Made by a program: the position numbers and the translations under genes. A stretch of DNA of 64,000 nt from positions 62,858-126,857 of the forward strand of contig CAYRMI010000002.1 in NCBI GenBank assembly GCA_964425625.1, in the 5' to 3' direction. Below the pieces are notes generated by a model. It made no database searches and was not told where the DNA came from. It saw nothing but the letters and a program-made list of their open reading frames with translations. Source of the stretch: an uncultured Candidatus Saccharibacteria bacterium. Lineage in GTDB: Bacteria > Patescibacteriota > Minisyncoccia > Phycocordibacterales > UBA918. Position 1 is the first letter of the stretch; the number at the start of each line of letters is the position of its first letter. Positions 48,138 to 58,369 of the stretch are shown here, piece by piece.

Positions 48138-48797
48138 ATGTCATATGCGACCAAACAAAATGAACCATTAAGTGCCTTGACCCACCTGATTGGGGCGCTG
48201 TTGGCCGTGGCTGGATTAGTTCTGCTTATAATTTTTGCAGCCATACATGGTACGGCTATGCATGTGGTTACATTTACTATTTTTGGGGCGATGATGCTAC
48301 TCCTTTATACGGTAAGTACTATCTATCATTTTGTATGTATTACTAAAGTAAGAACCAAAAGAGTATTTCAAATTCTTGATCACTCGGCCGTTTATTTTTT
48401 AATCGCCGGCACCTATACGCCAGTGGCTCTGATTGTCCTTCCGTCGGGCTGGGGTTGGACCATCTTTGGATTGATTTGGACTTGTGCCATAGTTGGTACT
48501 GTAATAAAAGCGGCCCAGATTAGGTTAGCCCCATGGGCTTCAGTGCTATTGTATCTAGTAATGGGGTGGTTGATTATTGTCGCTTTTGCACCTTTGACTA
48601 AAGTTTTACCGACAGCGGCAACCATTTGGCTAGTACTGGGAGGGGTTTTCTATACTATCGGAACTTTCTTTTTTGCAATTGATACTAAAGTACCACGGAC
48701 CAGGTGGTTTGGGATGCATGAAATTTTTCACATTTTCGTTATGTTAGGAAGCTTTGCTCACTTTTGGCTGGTTTTTAAATATGTAACTTATATATAA
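48138..48797 (+). CDS. Hemolysin III / PAQR-family membrane protein.
   Basis: Seven-TM protein with His motifs (TIYHF...LDHSAVY...MHEIFHIFVMLGSFAHF). Confidence 0.8.
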   Translation: MSYATKQNEPLSALTHLIGALLAVAGLVLLIIFAAIHGTAMHVVTFTIFGAMMLLLYTVSTIYHFVCITKVRTKRVFQILDHSAVYFLIAGTYTPVALIVLPSGWGWTIFGLIWTCAIVGTVIKAAQIRLAPWASVLLYLVMGWLIIVAFAPLTKVLPTAATIWLVLGGVFYTIGTFFFAIDTKVPRTRWFGMHEIFHIFVMLGSFAHFWLVFKYVTYI

Positions 48798-49738
48798 TGA
48801 CTAACAACTCCAATCTAGACATTACCGCGAATTTTAAAAATAGTATTTCTACTCAGTCCCTTATAGTGGTGATTGGAGCGAGTGGTTTTGTCGGTAATAA
48901 CTTGGTTTCTGAGTTACTGGCCAAGACTTCATACCAGATAAGAGCCGTGGCGCGCGACATACGAAAGCTAGAGCGGGTTCATCCGCGACTGGAAGTTAAA
49001 TCTGGGGATGTAACTTCGGGTGAGTCTATGCGGGAGTGTCTTAAAGGGGCAACGACAGTATTTTTTTTGGTTCATAAACTAGAGAGTCGGGCCGGAGATT
49101 TGTATAGCAATGAAGAAAAAATAGCGACGGAGTTTTGTCTAGTAGCGAAGGAAGTTGGCGTGAGACGAGTTATCTACCTAAGTGGCCTAGGTCAAGACGA
49201 TGATAAATTATCAAAACACTTGGCTAGTCGTCATAACACTGGTGATATATTAAGGCGACACGTCCATGAAGTGATTGAGTTTCGGGCTAGCATTATTGTT
49301 GGGAAGGGAAGTATCTCGTTTGAGATAATCAGGCATCTAATAAGCAAATTACTGATTTTAATCTTGCCTAAATATGCCAAGACCTTAACCCAACCAATCG
49401 TCATAAGTGATGTCATTCAGTATTTACTCGCTAGTATTGAGGTACCTCTCAGCCAATCTGAGGTAGTAGAGATTGGTGGTCCAGATAAAATGACCTACCA
49501 AGAATTGTTGAGAAAATACGCTAATTTTCTAGGTAAAAGGCGCTTGATTGTCTGTTTTCCGCTTATACCACTGTGGTTGGCTAGTTGGTTTTTGTACTTA
49601 CTAACCCCCAAGCAGATAGCTCAAGTGGGCAGGAATATGGTGGAAAGTTTTCAAAATGAGATGGTTGTTACTAACCAAAAAGCGCAAGAGCTGTTCCCTG
49701 AGATAACTCCAGAAGCAGTAGGAAAGTCTTTTTTGTAA
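48797..49738 (+). CDS. NAD(P)-binding atypical SDR / NmrA-like epimerase-dehydratase family protein.
   Basis: N-terminal Rossmann motif VVIGASGFVGNNLV. Start overlaps the upstream stop (TAATG). Confidence 0.65.
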   Translation: MTNNSNLDITANFKNSISTQSLIVVIGASGFVGNNLVSELLAKTSYQIRAVARDIRKLERVHPRLEVKSGDVTSGESMRECLKGATTVFFLVHKLESRAGDLYSNEEKIATEFCLVAKEVGVRRVIYLSGLGQDDDKLSKHLASRHNTGDILRRHVHEVIEFRASIIVGKGSISFEIIRHLISKLLILILPKYAKTLTQPIVISDVIQYLLASIEVPLSQSEVVEIGGPDKMTYQELLRKYANFLGKRRLIVCFPLIPLWLASWFLYLLTPKQIAQVGRNMVESFQNEMVVTNQKAQELFPEITPEAVGKSFL

Positions 49739-49831
49739 TGGTTCCGATTTAGTTTGTCATCCTTGCCTTTTCTGGTATATTTAATTTTGGAAGAGTCGAT
49801 TAATTTCTATCAACCGACGGAGGTTTAAACG

Positions 49832-50437
49832 ATGAAGATTTTACTGTGGTGGTTTGCTCTGTGTTTATTGTTTGGCACAGCCTATGGTGCAGAAGACGGT
49901 GTCAACATAGACAAATGCCAAGAAGGTCAGATATACATCAAAGGGGACGTGGAGATAGTCTCCTTATTGCAAGTGTTTCAAGAAATAAGGGCGTGTACAA
50001 ATAAATTTGGCCAAGCAGTCGTTTACGTACGTGGCAACGGAGGATCTTTGGAGGAAGCTCAGGTCTTTTTTGATCTAATGAGGACCTCTGGGGTAAGTCA
50101 AAAGACTACGTTCGTGGCGACCGGAATGATTGCCTCTGCCTCGAATATCGTTTGGCTGGCAGCGGAAACCAGAATTGTCTTGCCGGGAACACATTTCTTG
50201 CTTCACAAAGCTAGTCTAAGGATGTTTGATGAAGATCAGCAGACTCGTCAGAGTGGCACCAACCATACATTTAAGGTGTCGGTTGATTCGGTGCATCTGG
50301 CAACAAGTGAGGTAGCAGCTAAGCGCTGGAAGGACATCCTTCGGGGTGATGCCCAAGGGATAGTCCTGAACGCTGACGAGGCGTTGAAGCTCGGGTGGGC
50401 AACGGAAAGGAAAAATTATATCACAGATGTTAAATAA
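49832..50437 (+). CDS. Secreted ClpP/crotonase-fold serine peptidase-like protein.
   Basis: Signal peptide with SD GGAGG. GNGGSLEEAQVFFDLM...ATGMIASASNIVWLAAETRIVLPGTHFLLHKASL resembles the ClpP/S49 family core. Confidence 0.45.
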   Translation: MKILLWWFALCLLFGTAYGAEDGVNIDKCQEGQIYIKGDVEIVSLLQVFQEIRACTNKFGQAVVYVRGNGGSLEEAQVFFDLMRTSGVSQKTTFVATGMIASASNIVWLAAETRIVLPGTHFLLHKASLRMFDEDQQTRQSGTNHTFKVSVDSVHLATSEVAAKRWKDILRGDAQGIVLNADEALKLGWATERKNYITDVK

Positions 50438-50485
50438 CTAGAGAGTCTGATTACCCTGCATGCAAGTGCGGGGTAAACTTAATAA

Positions 50486-50525
50486 AAAAAGCCCCACTAC
50501 CAGCGAAGGTAGCGGGGCGTTTGGT
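50486..50525. terminator. Bidirectional terminator.
   Basis: AAAAAAAGCCCCACTACC-agcgaa-GGTAGCGGGGCGTTTGG. It lies between the stops at 50437 (+) and 50561 (-). Confidence 0.7.
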
Positions 50526-50560
50526 CTTGACCGAACTTATGCCGACTAAGCATGCAATTC

Positions 50561-51061
50561 CTAGGCGGCCTGAGGCATCGCTTCTTGCTTTGCAGCTTTA
50601 GCCGATGCTTTGGCCGAGAGAATCTCTTTGGCCCCCTCAGTCACCATGAAGTGAAAGTATTCGCGGGTTGTTACTCGGGTTTGCCGGTCGGGGAGTAAGG
50701 TAGTTACCGTCGGCACGATGCCGAGAACCCGACCTGCTACATCAAGCGCAAAGCGTAGTTCCTTGAGCTCGCTATCACTGGCCGAGCTTTGGGCAATCTT
50801 GGCAATTCTGCTCAGCTCAGTCCGAAGTGTCTTATGTTTTCTTCGCATGTCTGAGTTGATTGCTTTGATCCTAGTGTGTTTATAGACTTGCAGAAGCTTC
50901 GCATGGAGACTGGATAGTTTTCCAATTTCCAACAACTCCGCGACCACCTGCAATGTTTCCAAAACAACACCAAATTCGTCCCGACATCCAGTACTTTCGC
51001 TGACAGTGCGTTTGACGTCCCGGGCAAAAATTTTACGCCGGGTAATAACATCTTCAATCAT
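50561..51061 (-). CDS. Hypothetical protein, 166 aa.
   Basis: Protein-like with elevated G+C. No motif recognised. Confidence 0.4.
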   Translation of the reverse strand: MIEDVITRRKIFARDVKRTVSESTGCRDEFGVVLETLQVVAELLEIGKLSSLHAKLLQVYKHTRIKAINSDMRRKHKTLRTELSRIAKIAQSSASDSELKELRFALDVAGRVLGIVPTVTTLLPDRQTRVTTREYFHFMVTEGAKEILSAKASAKAAKQEAMPQAA

Positions 51062-51181
51062 TTCGCTTTTCCTTGGTCGTTTAGGCTAGGGGAGATAAAT
51101 AGCTTCAGAAATGGTTTAGAAAACCCGCCTAACAGCTCAGGGCGAGTGTTTCTTATGGCGGGGTCTTGGTGAGGTGGAAGT

Positions 51182-51598
51182 TTAGACCACCATCTCCAGC
51201 AGTTCACGTGGTGTAAAAACCACCCGACCAGCCTTGATGGTGATAAAGACGCTACCGTCGGCCTCGACCTGTACCTTGGGAATCCAAGAGTAGGTTTTGC
51301 CGTTTAGATGTGGCATGCAACCATGTTGCATGCACTCGATCACGGATTTTTGGATTGATCTGTCCATCAATTTGTCCTGGATCATTTTGATGGTGATGCC
51401 CCTATCGGCAAGATCGTCGGTCGAAAATACATTGAGACCGACCAGCCTCACTGTCAGTTCGACACTGTAATCCCAGACCTTCTTGATAAGGATTTCAAAA
51501 TAGGTGGGCTCATTTCGATCGAGTCCTTGAACCTCTATTTGAAAACCGTGTCGAAGATGGACTTCAGATTCTTCGAACAGTTTACTAAGGGATGACAT
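51182..51598 (-). CDS. Hypothetical protein, 138 aa.
   Basis: Co-directional with the previous gene. No motif recognised. Confidence 0.4.
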   Translation of the reverse strand: MSSLSKLFEESEVHLRHGFQIEVQGLDRNEPTYFEILIKKVWDYSVELTVRLVGLNVFSTDDLADRGITIKMIQDKLMDRSIQKSVIECMQHGCMPHLNGKTYSWIPKVQVEADGSVFITIKAGRVVFTPRELLEMVV

Positions 51599-51801
51599 TT
51601 TTTTACTCCTCGGGTTGAAAAAACAAGACAGCGCGCATTATACCACTTTTGGTGTTTTTTACAAGTGGTAAACGGTGGATTAACTTGATTCATTCATAGA
51701 AGGCAGTTTGATCACATTATTCCCTAAAGAATAATTCTATGTTTAGATAGCTATGGATAGTTGCAGGTTAGTCACGTCACAGTATCAACTAGGAGACAGC
51801 G

Positions 51802-52512
51802 ATGACTATTAGATTTGTATCAATGGCCGTTGGAGCAATAAAATTCAAGCTCCATCAATTTATTGACCGAGCCAATCTTGTCTATCTCAGACAGATCTTT
51901 GATGCGCTTTATTTTCGACGCTTCATCTTGGAGGATTGTGCTTGTCAGGTTTACGATCGGGATAGATTACCCAAAAGTGGTCCGGCGCTATTGGTCTCTT
52001 CCCATAGCAGTCACACAGATGCGGGAGTAATCCAGACGCTCTTTCCGCTTTCTTGGCTACCACACATTAGACCAAGTGCCGCTAGAGACCATTTCACCAA
52101 AGAGCTAATTTTGCACTTGTTTGCTCGGGGGTTTATGCGCCTGCTCTTTGTCGATCGAGGGAGTGGGCAGTTGGCCAAAGTCGGTGAGACTGATCCTTTT
52201 GCGGAGCTTCATGCTCCACTTAAGGCTGGCTCTATGGTCATTGTTTTCCCTCAGGGGACTAGAGACACTCGAGCATTATTTCGTCCGGGCATAGTGCACC
52301 TTTCTAGACAGTACCCAGATGTACCTATAATCCCTATTTTATTACGTGGTACACGTGAAGTCCTACCGCCAGGAGCTAGTTGGTTTTGGGCCAGTCCGGT
52401 GGCGGTGTACGTGGGTGAGCGATATATTTTTGACCCCACGTTAACGGCTAACGAGAACGCCAAGGCTCTAGAGGCATATATCTACTCACTTGACCGTCAG
52501 CTCTATGATTGA
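51802..52512 (+). CDS. plsC: 1-acyl-sn-glycerol-3-phosphate acyltransferase-like (LPLAT/PlsC family).
   Basis: HxxxxD motif in VSSHSSHTDAGV and FPQGTRD (the FPEGTR motif). SD AGGAGA. Confidence 0.75.
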   Translation: MTIRFVSMAVGAIKFKLHQFIDRANLVYLRQIFDALYFRRFILEDCACQVYDRDRLPKSGPALLVSSHSSHTDAGVIQTLFPLSWLPHIRPSAARDHFTKELILHLFARGFMRLLFVDRGSGQLAKVGETDPFAELHAPLKAGSMVIVFPQGTRDTRALFRPGIVHLSRQYPDVPIIPILLRGTREVLPPGASWFWASPVAVYVGERYIFDPTLTANENAKALEAYIYSLDRQLYD

Positions 52513-52591
52513 CTTGTAAAAGAAGACGGAGGATGAAGACAAAGGGCGCGCTTAGCTAAGCGCGCCTTTACTTTTCATATCGCTTTTAATA

Positions 52592-53251
52592 TTATTCTAG
52601 GTCTATCAGTAGTTGTCGCATCAACTGAATCTCCGCTGTTTGGCTTTCGATGATTGCTTTTGTCAGGGTAGTGATTTCTGCGTTTTCTATATATGGCTGT
52701 ACACTCTGGGCCATCATAATCGCTCCCATATGATGGTGGACCATGTCCTCGAGAAAGGTTTGGTCGAGCTCAACTCCGGAAAGATTTTTTAGTTCGCGCA
52801 TCATTGGCTCATACTTACCATCGTCGACATAAGCTTCTTGGTACCAGTCTTGATACCACTGTTTCATTTGGATAATTTCTTGCTCTTGGGCTATTACTAT
52901 GTTTTCTACCAATTCTTTGATGGCTGGGGTAGTGGCGCCACGTTCGATAACTGCTTTGGCGGTGTCGACAGCTTCTTGGTGGTGGGGAATCATACCGGCA
53001 ATAAATTCACGCTCGCTTTCTACCATCATTGCTTTATGATCCATCATCGGCATGGCTTGGTCGTCATTAAACATCATTTGGCCATTGTGCATTTGGTGCA
53101 TGCCTTGGGTTGTATCATCTATCATGCATCGGTGGTACTTGTCATCGTAAGCGTTAGTTGAATGTAGGCCAATGGCGTAGCCACCGATACCCCCGAGAAG
53201 CAGAGCTACTAGAGCTACTAAAATAATATTTTTGTTCATTTCCAAAGTCAT
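52592..53251 (-). CDS. DUF305-family secreted/membrane-anchored protein with a four-helix, His-rich ferritin-like fold.
   Basis: Signal/anchor. Duplicated IPHHQEAVDTA and MVHHHMGAIMMA motifs. Confidence 0.65.
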   Translation of the reverse strand: MTLEMNKNIILVALVALLLGGIGGYAIGLHSTNAYDDKYHRCMIDDTTQGMHQMHNGQMMFNDDQAMPMMDHKAMMVESEREFIAGMIPHHQEAVDTAKAVIERGATTPAIKELVENIVIAQEQEIIQMKQWYQDWYQEAYVDDGKYEPMMRELKNLSGVELDQTFLEDMVHHHMGAIMMAQSVQPYIENAEITTLTKAIIESQTAEIQLMRQLLIDLE

Positions 53252-53512
53252 AAATAAATAATTTGTCGTTGGTTTTATAATCAGTTTAGATTATAACTCT
53301 AATACGTAGATTACGCCGAATTATTTCGTGATCATCGACTTTATCCCAAGCGTAATTTGCTGAAAGCAAATTGCACAATATGACCAGCCTGACCTTGTAA
53401 AGGAAAAGCAAACACCGGCGCAATGGCCGGTGTTGTGGGTTGAAGGGGTGGTAAGATATGCTTGGTTGAAGATTTTTTTGCTCAAAAAATGGGATGTTCT
53501 AAATCACTTACT

Positions 53513-54940
53513 TTAATTGAGCATATATTTGATCCACGTTTCAAGCATACTTCCACCACCAGTATTTTCCCAAAGGCCTAAATTTAGAGTTCCTCCTGAC
53601 CCACAGCTGGCCGACCAGCAACCGTCATTCAAATACGTATTGCCAAGACCTGAGTCAAAAATAGTGCCACTATAGCTATTTGTCATGGTTGTTCCGAAAG
53701 TAACAGTGTCCTTATCTTGCCAATTAGGTTGTGGCACATCTCTAAATACTTCCACCATAACAGCATCAACTACCTTTTGATCGATTTCAATTATTTGTGT
53801 TTCTCTTTTGCCACCATTTGTTTGAGTTGTCAGAGAAATATAGTTGATTCCAAACTCATCTACAAAAACCTCAACCTCTCCTATCACAGACTGGTTGGAT
53901 TTATTGTATAGCTCTATTCCTATCTTATTATAGTTTTCGTCAGTAATATATCTGGCTTCAGTTCCATCCGGACCCTTCGCACTAATAGCTATTGAACCAT
54001 CTGGCTTGTTTGCATAAGCCACAACCGACCCAAAGGGTAACTCAACGACCGAAAGATCATTTGTAGTGGTAATCACAACCCCTTCCTTACTAATACCGTT
54101 AATGACGTTTTCTAGGATCGATTGGTCAATCATCATTTTATTGGCAGCGGTAAAAAAGTCGCTGCTGGTTTTAGGGAGACTTGTGAGTACGTTTACTTCG
54201 GGAGAAAACGAGAGTGGAACACCTGGATTCACGATACTTGTTTCCGCAGTCCACCCATCTACTCCACTCTTAAAGTTGATTGGCCACCAAATATATCCGC
54301 CGGCACTGACTGGGCTGCCTTTAACAACTCCAATTTCTCCTTTCTTTTGATTTCCAGCAATTGTGCCGTTGGGAGTAGATCGAACGTTTGTATTATCTAC
54401 TTTTACCACACTAGGTGATCCGACTGTGAATTTTGTAGAAACAGCTGGAGTGAGATTTGCTTTAAGTACCCATCCATCGGCGCCAGAATCAAAATTTACC
54501 ATCATCCAATAACTATTTACGACAGTTCTGGAACATAATGCAGCTGCTTGCAAATAACTACAGCCGACAGGAGAGTAGGTGTAGGTGGTCTGCACTTCAG
54601 GTCCAGCATTTATAGAGCCAATTGCACCAGTCGGTTGGGTGCCAAGTACCTTTGAATCATTTCTTGGATTTTGGTAAACATTAGATGTAGATTTTAATTG
54701 CGCTCGTCCACCGGCTTCTATTGAAGGTACGGCTACAGCAACGGCCGCAACGACGGATTCCTTTGATTCCGTGACCAGGGTTTGTTGAAATGAATTGAGT
54801 ATTTCTTCTAACGAGTCTATGATCTTTGACAGTATGTTCAGCTGGTCTCCTTCTGTTTTATTTATTTCGGTAGCTGACACAGTCGTAGCTTGAGTTATGA
54901 GAATGACTGTTATCAATACTGAAATTAATTTACTTTTCAT
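53513..54940 (-). CDS. Secreted protein with two bacterial SH3-like repeats and an uncharacterised C-terminal domain.
   Basis: Signal peptide. Two similar segments (NFDSGADGWVLKANLTP and INFKSGVDGWTAETSIVNPG). The Cys-containing C-terminus (CWSASCGSGG) is unknown. Confidence 0.45.
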   Translation of the reverse strand: MKSKLISVLITVILITQATTVSATEINKTEGDQLNILSKIIDSLEEILNSFQQTLVTESKESVVAAVAVAVPSIEAGGRAQLKSTSNVYQNPRNDSKVLGTQPTGAIGSINAGPEVQTTYTYSPVGCSYLQAAALCSRTVVNSYWMMVNFDSGADGWVLKANLTPAVSTKFTVGSPSVVKVDNTNVRSTPNGTIAGNQKKGEIGVVKGSPVSAGGYIWWPINFKSGVDGWTAETSIVNPGVPLSFSPEVNVLTSLPKTSSDFFTAANKMMIDQSILENVINGISKEGVVITTTNDLSVVELPFGSVVAYANKPDGSIAISAKGPDGTEARYITDENYNKIGIELYNKSNQSVIGEVEVFVDEFGINYISLTTQTNGGKRETQIIEIDQKVVDAVMVEVFRDVPQPNWQDKDTVTFGTTMTNSYSGTIFDSGLGNTYLNDGCWSASCGSGGTLNLGLWENTGGGSMLETWIKYMLN

Positions 54941-55186
54941 ATTCTAATTTTATTACTTTTTTAAAATAATTTGTAATTTAAAAGTGAAAGATGGGTGAGG
55001 CTCACCAAAATCTAAGACTACTTTTCAATTACTGTAATAATACACTATGGTAAATGGCTTTGCATAAAGGCTGTTCATAATAAAAGCCAAATTTCGAAAC
55101 CTCTGGCTAAAGCCAGAGGTTTATAAAGATAAGCAAACACCGGCGCAGGGGCCGGTGTTGTGGTGGTCGGGGGTGGGGACTAAGTC

Positions 55187-55765
55187 CTATTTGCGCAATT
55201 CAGCTTCGAAACTTTCGAGCTGGGAGGCTTGTTGGGAATACCCCTCATAGATGTGGGCTGGTATCGGTTTGATACAATTTTCGCTTACCAACATTGCTTG
55301 TAGACTTCGTGCTAGGGCAAATCTCCGCTCTTTACTTCTGGTATGCAAAGCTTGGATGATCAGTGGCTGCATAGCCAGACGAATTTGGGAAAAAAGTTTA
55401 TCGTCATAGTCATGCTCAAGGTCGATAAACCGGTCCCACATTACATTGGCTTGCTCCTGTGGAAGGTTGAGATTAGCCTCAAGAAGTGAAATGATATGTC
55501 CAGTTTGGATATTTTTCAGTCGACAAAAGACAAGACCGTCGTTGAGTTCGGTGATGATCCGTTCCGGCTTTATTGACCATAACGTCCACATAATGACAGT
55601 GAGAGTCAAGCAAAGGAGCGCTAAGAAAAGCATCTCCAGAAAAGTGGGCCAGCGCTCTACGTATGTGAAGCCTAGGATTATGGCGAAAAGCACTGTAAAA
55701 AAGACCAGTCCTACCGAAACATTGCGCAGGTAAGAAAAGTAATTCAACTTGCCTTCGGTGGTCAT
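55187..55765 (-). CDS. Membrane protein, hypothetical (two TM helices plus a cytoplasmic domain).
   Basis: 192 aa with two N-terminal TM helices. Confidence 0.4.
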   Translation of the reverse strand: MTTEGKLNYFSYLRNVSVGLVFFTVLFAIILGFTYVERWPTFLEMLFLALLCLTLTVIMWTLWSIKPERIITELNDGLVFCRLKNIQTGHIISLLEANLNLPQEQANVMWDRFIDLEHDYDDKLFSQIRLAMQPLIIQALHTRSKERRFALARSLQAMLVSENCIKPIPAHIYEGYSQQASQLESFEAELRK

Positions 55766-55997
55766 AATTTTCTCCAGTTTTGAAGGAACGTTATCCTTCG
55801 GATTTAAAGGAATCTAGCCTTGTAAACCATACAGTATATGAAGGACAATGCAAATGCCGTGAAAGTTTAAGCGAGAATGGTTTTTTAAAAAAGTCACTGG
55901 TTAAAGAAAATCAAATACGTGTTGCGCAAGCATGAAAGAGGGCGTAAATTAGTAAATGGTAGTTCATACAAGCATCTTTTCTTTGAAAGGAAAAGTC

Positions 55998-56729
55998 ATG
56001 ACAAGCCTCATCCCAGAAAAAGGTTTGGCGGAGCAAAAGAAAAAAATCGAATCTCTCGCACAGGACGTCATGCTACGACTGCAAAGTCGTTATGGTGTAC
56101 CCGCTTCGGGGCTTTATATCGGTTGGGAAGATTGTGGCGCACACCCCTTCGGTCGATTTGGCCGAGTCGCGGATGGTGTTCTTTATCTAAACCAGCACGA
56201 ACTAGTTGATATGCCTTATGACAAAGCGGTCAGGGAAACGCCAGTCACACTTTCCCTCAGGACTTCGGAAGGGGAAATAGAGATAACTTTTCCCTATGAC
56301 AAAGTAATGAATTGGCTCTATCCCTCTAGGGTACCAGCTATCTTTGAGATAGATAGACCGGCACTGACAGATGTTGATATCAAGGCAGGGATTACCGAGG
56401 TTGTCGTCACCTATGTAGTGGAGCAAATGGGGGGGTGGCTCGCTACTGAAGACACCAACGCTCGCTGTCTAAAAAATGGCATCATAAAATCGTATGGCCA
56501 CATTATGGCAGAGACGATGCCGACGGCGGTTACTGCAAACATTTGGAATGTCCATGACCCTGGGCTCCAAAGTTGGCGTGAGACCGAAGGAGGTTTTACT
56601 CTTCTGTACCCACATCTGAAAGATTACTTATATGGCGAAGTCATCAATTTGATACGGGATGCTGGACCACCAGTCTTACGTGAAAATCTCCCCGATTACG
56701 TAACAAGGTTACTGGCACCGCTCTATTAG
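55998..56729 (+). CDS. Hypothetical protein, 243 aa.
   Basis: The start is taken at the ATG preceded by AAAGGAAAAG. No motif recognised. Confidence 0.4.
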   Translation: MTSLIPEKGLAEQKKKIESLAQDVMLRLQSRYGVPASGLYIGWEDCGAHPFGRFGRVADGVLYLNQHELVDMPYDKAVRETPVTLSLRTSEGEIEITFPYDKVMNWLYPSRVPAIFEIDRPALTDVDIKAGITEVVVTYVVEQMGGWLATEDTNARCLKNGIIKSYGHIMAETMPTAVTANIWNVHDPGLQSWRETEGGFTLLYPHLKDYLYGEVINLIRDAGPPVLRENLPDYVTRLLAPLY

Positions 56730-56782
56730 TAGGTTCGCGGAAGATGAAGCATTGTGCCTGGCCAGAAATGGTCAGGCACTTT

Positions 56783-58363
56783 CTATATTATATTTCTCGC
56801 TTTAAGAATTTCCTTTACTTGCATTTCAGTGAGGGGGATCCAGGGAGAGCTTTCGGGATTGGCGGCCGAGGCGGCTGGGCTTTCACCCTGGTTCCACCAT
56901 TTGGCGCGGAAGGGGACACCTTCAAACATTACTCGATCACCCGCATCGTAGACGGCGTTGCCATACCATTGGGGAAACAAATAGAGCGGTAGTTCAAGTT
57001 TTTCCATCGGCTTTTCGCCGGGCAAGACGGGGCCAACCAGGCGCCAAGGAGTTTCCCAGGCTTGCAAGACTGGGTTGTCGGGTAAGTCATTTTTGGTCCA
57101 CCATTTAGCTTCGTAGACATTTCCGTGCCAGACGACTTTTGTGTCCTTTAAGTATATGCCGGTATCCCGCCAGATTTGGTAAGGACTGGTTTCCGGATCG
57201 TCAATAACGTGCTTACTAGTGTCTGGTTCCTCAACCGTCATCATCCTGGCGTTTTGCATTAGGTCCCCAGTAAAACCAATTCCGAGTACATTGGAAAAAG
57301 CAAATCGAGGTGAGGTTACACCACTACACAGATCTGACACTACTGAGAGCGTTACGTAGTTTGCGCCACAAGGAATATCTCGATTGGCCGACCACATTGA
57401 CATTCGACCAATCCCTTTCTCGCGGGCAAAGATGTTGAGCGCAACCGCGTCTTCGATAGAAAAGATTTCTTCTACCACGTCATTCTGACCAATCATCGGC
57501 GTGGCTCCAATTTTCCCCCAGATGGTAGAACTATTGAGACTCACTCCGGCTAGCTTGTATAAGACACTGAGTTGACGATGGGTTTCCAGTAGGGCATTTT
57601 CAGAAGCTTCGGCCATTGTATCATTTGGATTTTTACTACCGCCATAATCCATAGTCATAACATTTACTCCAGCTAGATCAAGCTCACTTTCGAGCACCTT
57701 ACTGACAGCGTTTGTTCCGTCTGTAGTGAGTCCTTGGGGGGCAACTGGTAAAGTGAGCCAGACGGCCAATTCTCGGTTTTCGGCGCGGTATTCTTTTTGT
57801 AGTTTGGCAATTACCCGAGCGCGTCTTTCGGCGGCTTCAAGGTTGGTCAAGCCTTCCTTTTCTAAATCAAGGTCAATAGTATTAATGTTATAGCGTTCGA
57901 TCACTGCTTGATAGGCTTTCGCCAGAGCTTCTTCATCGGTACATAGTACAGCCAGCTCAGAGTTTAGTAGACCACCAAAGGAGATCGCGATTCGTCCACC
58001 CTGGAGCTGGAAGTGAGCAATTCGTCTATCTAAGTCAAGTGCCTCGGCGGCCTCGTCTAGGGTGTAATAACCTCCCCAGGTGGGAGTACAAACGTCACTA
58101 GCGGAAGAAACGATAAAGGAAAGAATCACATCAGAATTATCAACTGCTCCTCTTTGTTCAAAGGCATAGAGTGGGGTGGAGGTGACATCTACGTAAGCTG
58201 CAAACCAAGGAGCAAAGCTCACTACCTCGGCTGTCTCTTGCCACTTACCAAAACTTAAGGTCGTACCATAAAAAAGACCGAGGATAATTATTATCGCTAG
58301 GAACAATCGGCGTAGTGAAAGTTGGCGACGAGTTTCAACAGTGACTGATTTTTGTGTTTCCAT
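56783..58363 (-). CDS. GH18 chitinase-like glycoside hydrolase with two C-terminal CBM5/12 chitin-binding modules.
   Basis: N-terminal TM/signal. GH18 motifs: SxGG (AISFGGLLNSE), DxDxE (NTIDLDLEKE) and MxYD (MTMDYGG). Two W-W CBM5/12-like modules follow (VVWHGNVYEAKWWTKND and VMFEGVPFRAKWWNQGE). Confidence 0.65.
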   Translation of the reverse strand: METQKSVTVETRRQLSLRRLFLAIIIILGLFYGTTLSFGKWQETAEVVSFAPWFAAYVDVTSTPLYAFEQRGAVDNSDVILSFIVSSASDVCTPTWGGYYTLDEAAEALDLDRRIAHFQLQGGRIAISFGGLLNSELAVLCTDEEALAKAYQAVIERYNINTIDLDLEKEGLTNLEAAERRARVIAKLQKEYRAENRELAVWLTLPVAPQGLTTDGTNAVSKVLESELDLAGVNVMTMDYGGSKNPNDTMAEASENALLETHRQLSVLYKLAGVSLNSSTIWGKIGATPMIGQNDVVEEIFSIEDAVALNIFAREKGIGRMSMWSANRDIPCGANYVTLSVVSDLCSGVTSPRFAFSNVLGIGFTGDLMQNARMMTVEEPDTSKHVIDDPETSPYQIWRDTGIYLKDTKVVWHGNVYEAKWWTKNDLPDNPVLQAWETPWRLVGPVLPGEKPMEKLELPLYLFPQWYGNAVYDAGDRVMFEGVPFRAKWWNQGESPAASAANPESSPWIPLTEMQVKEILKARNII

Positions 58364-58369
58364 AGATAA

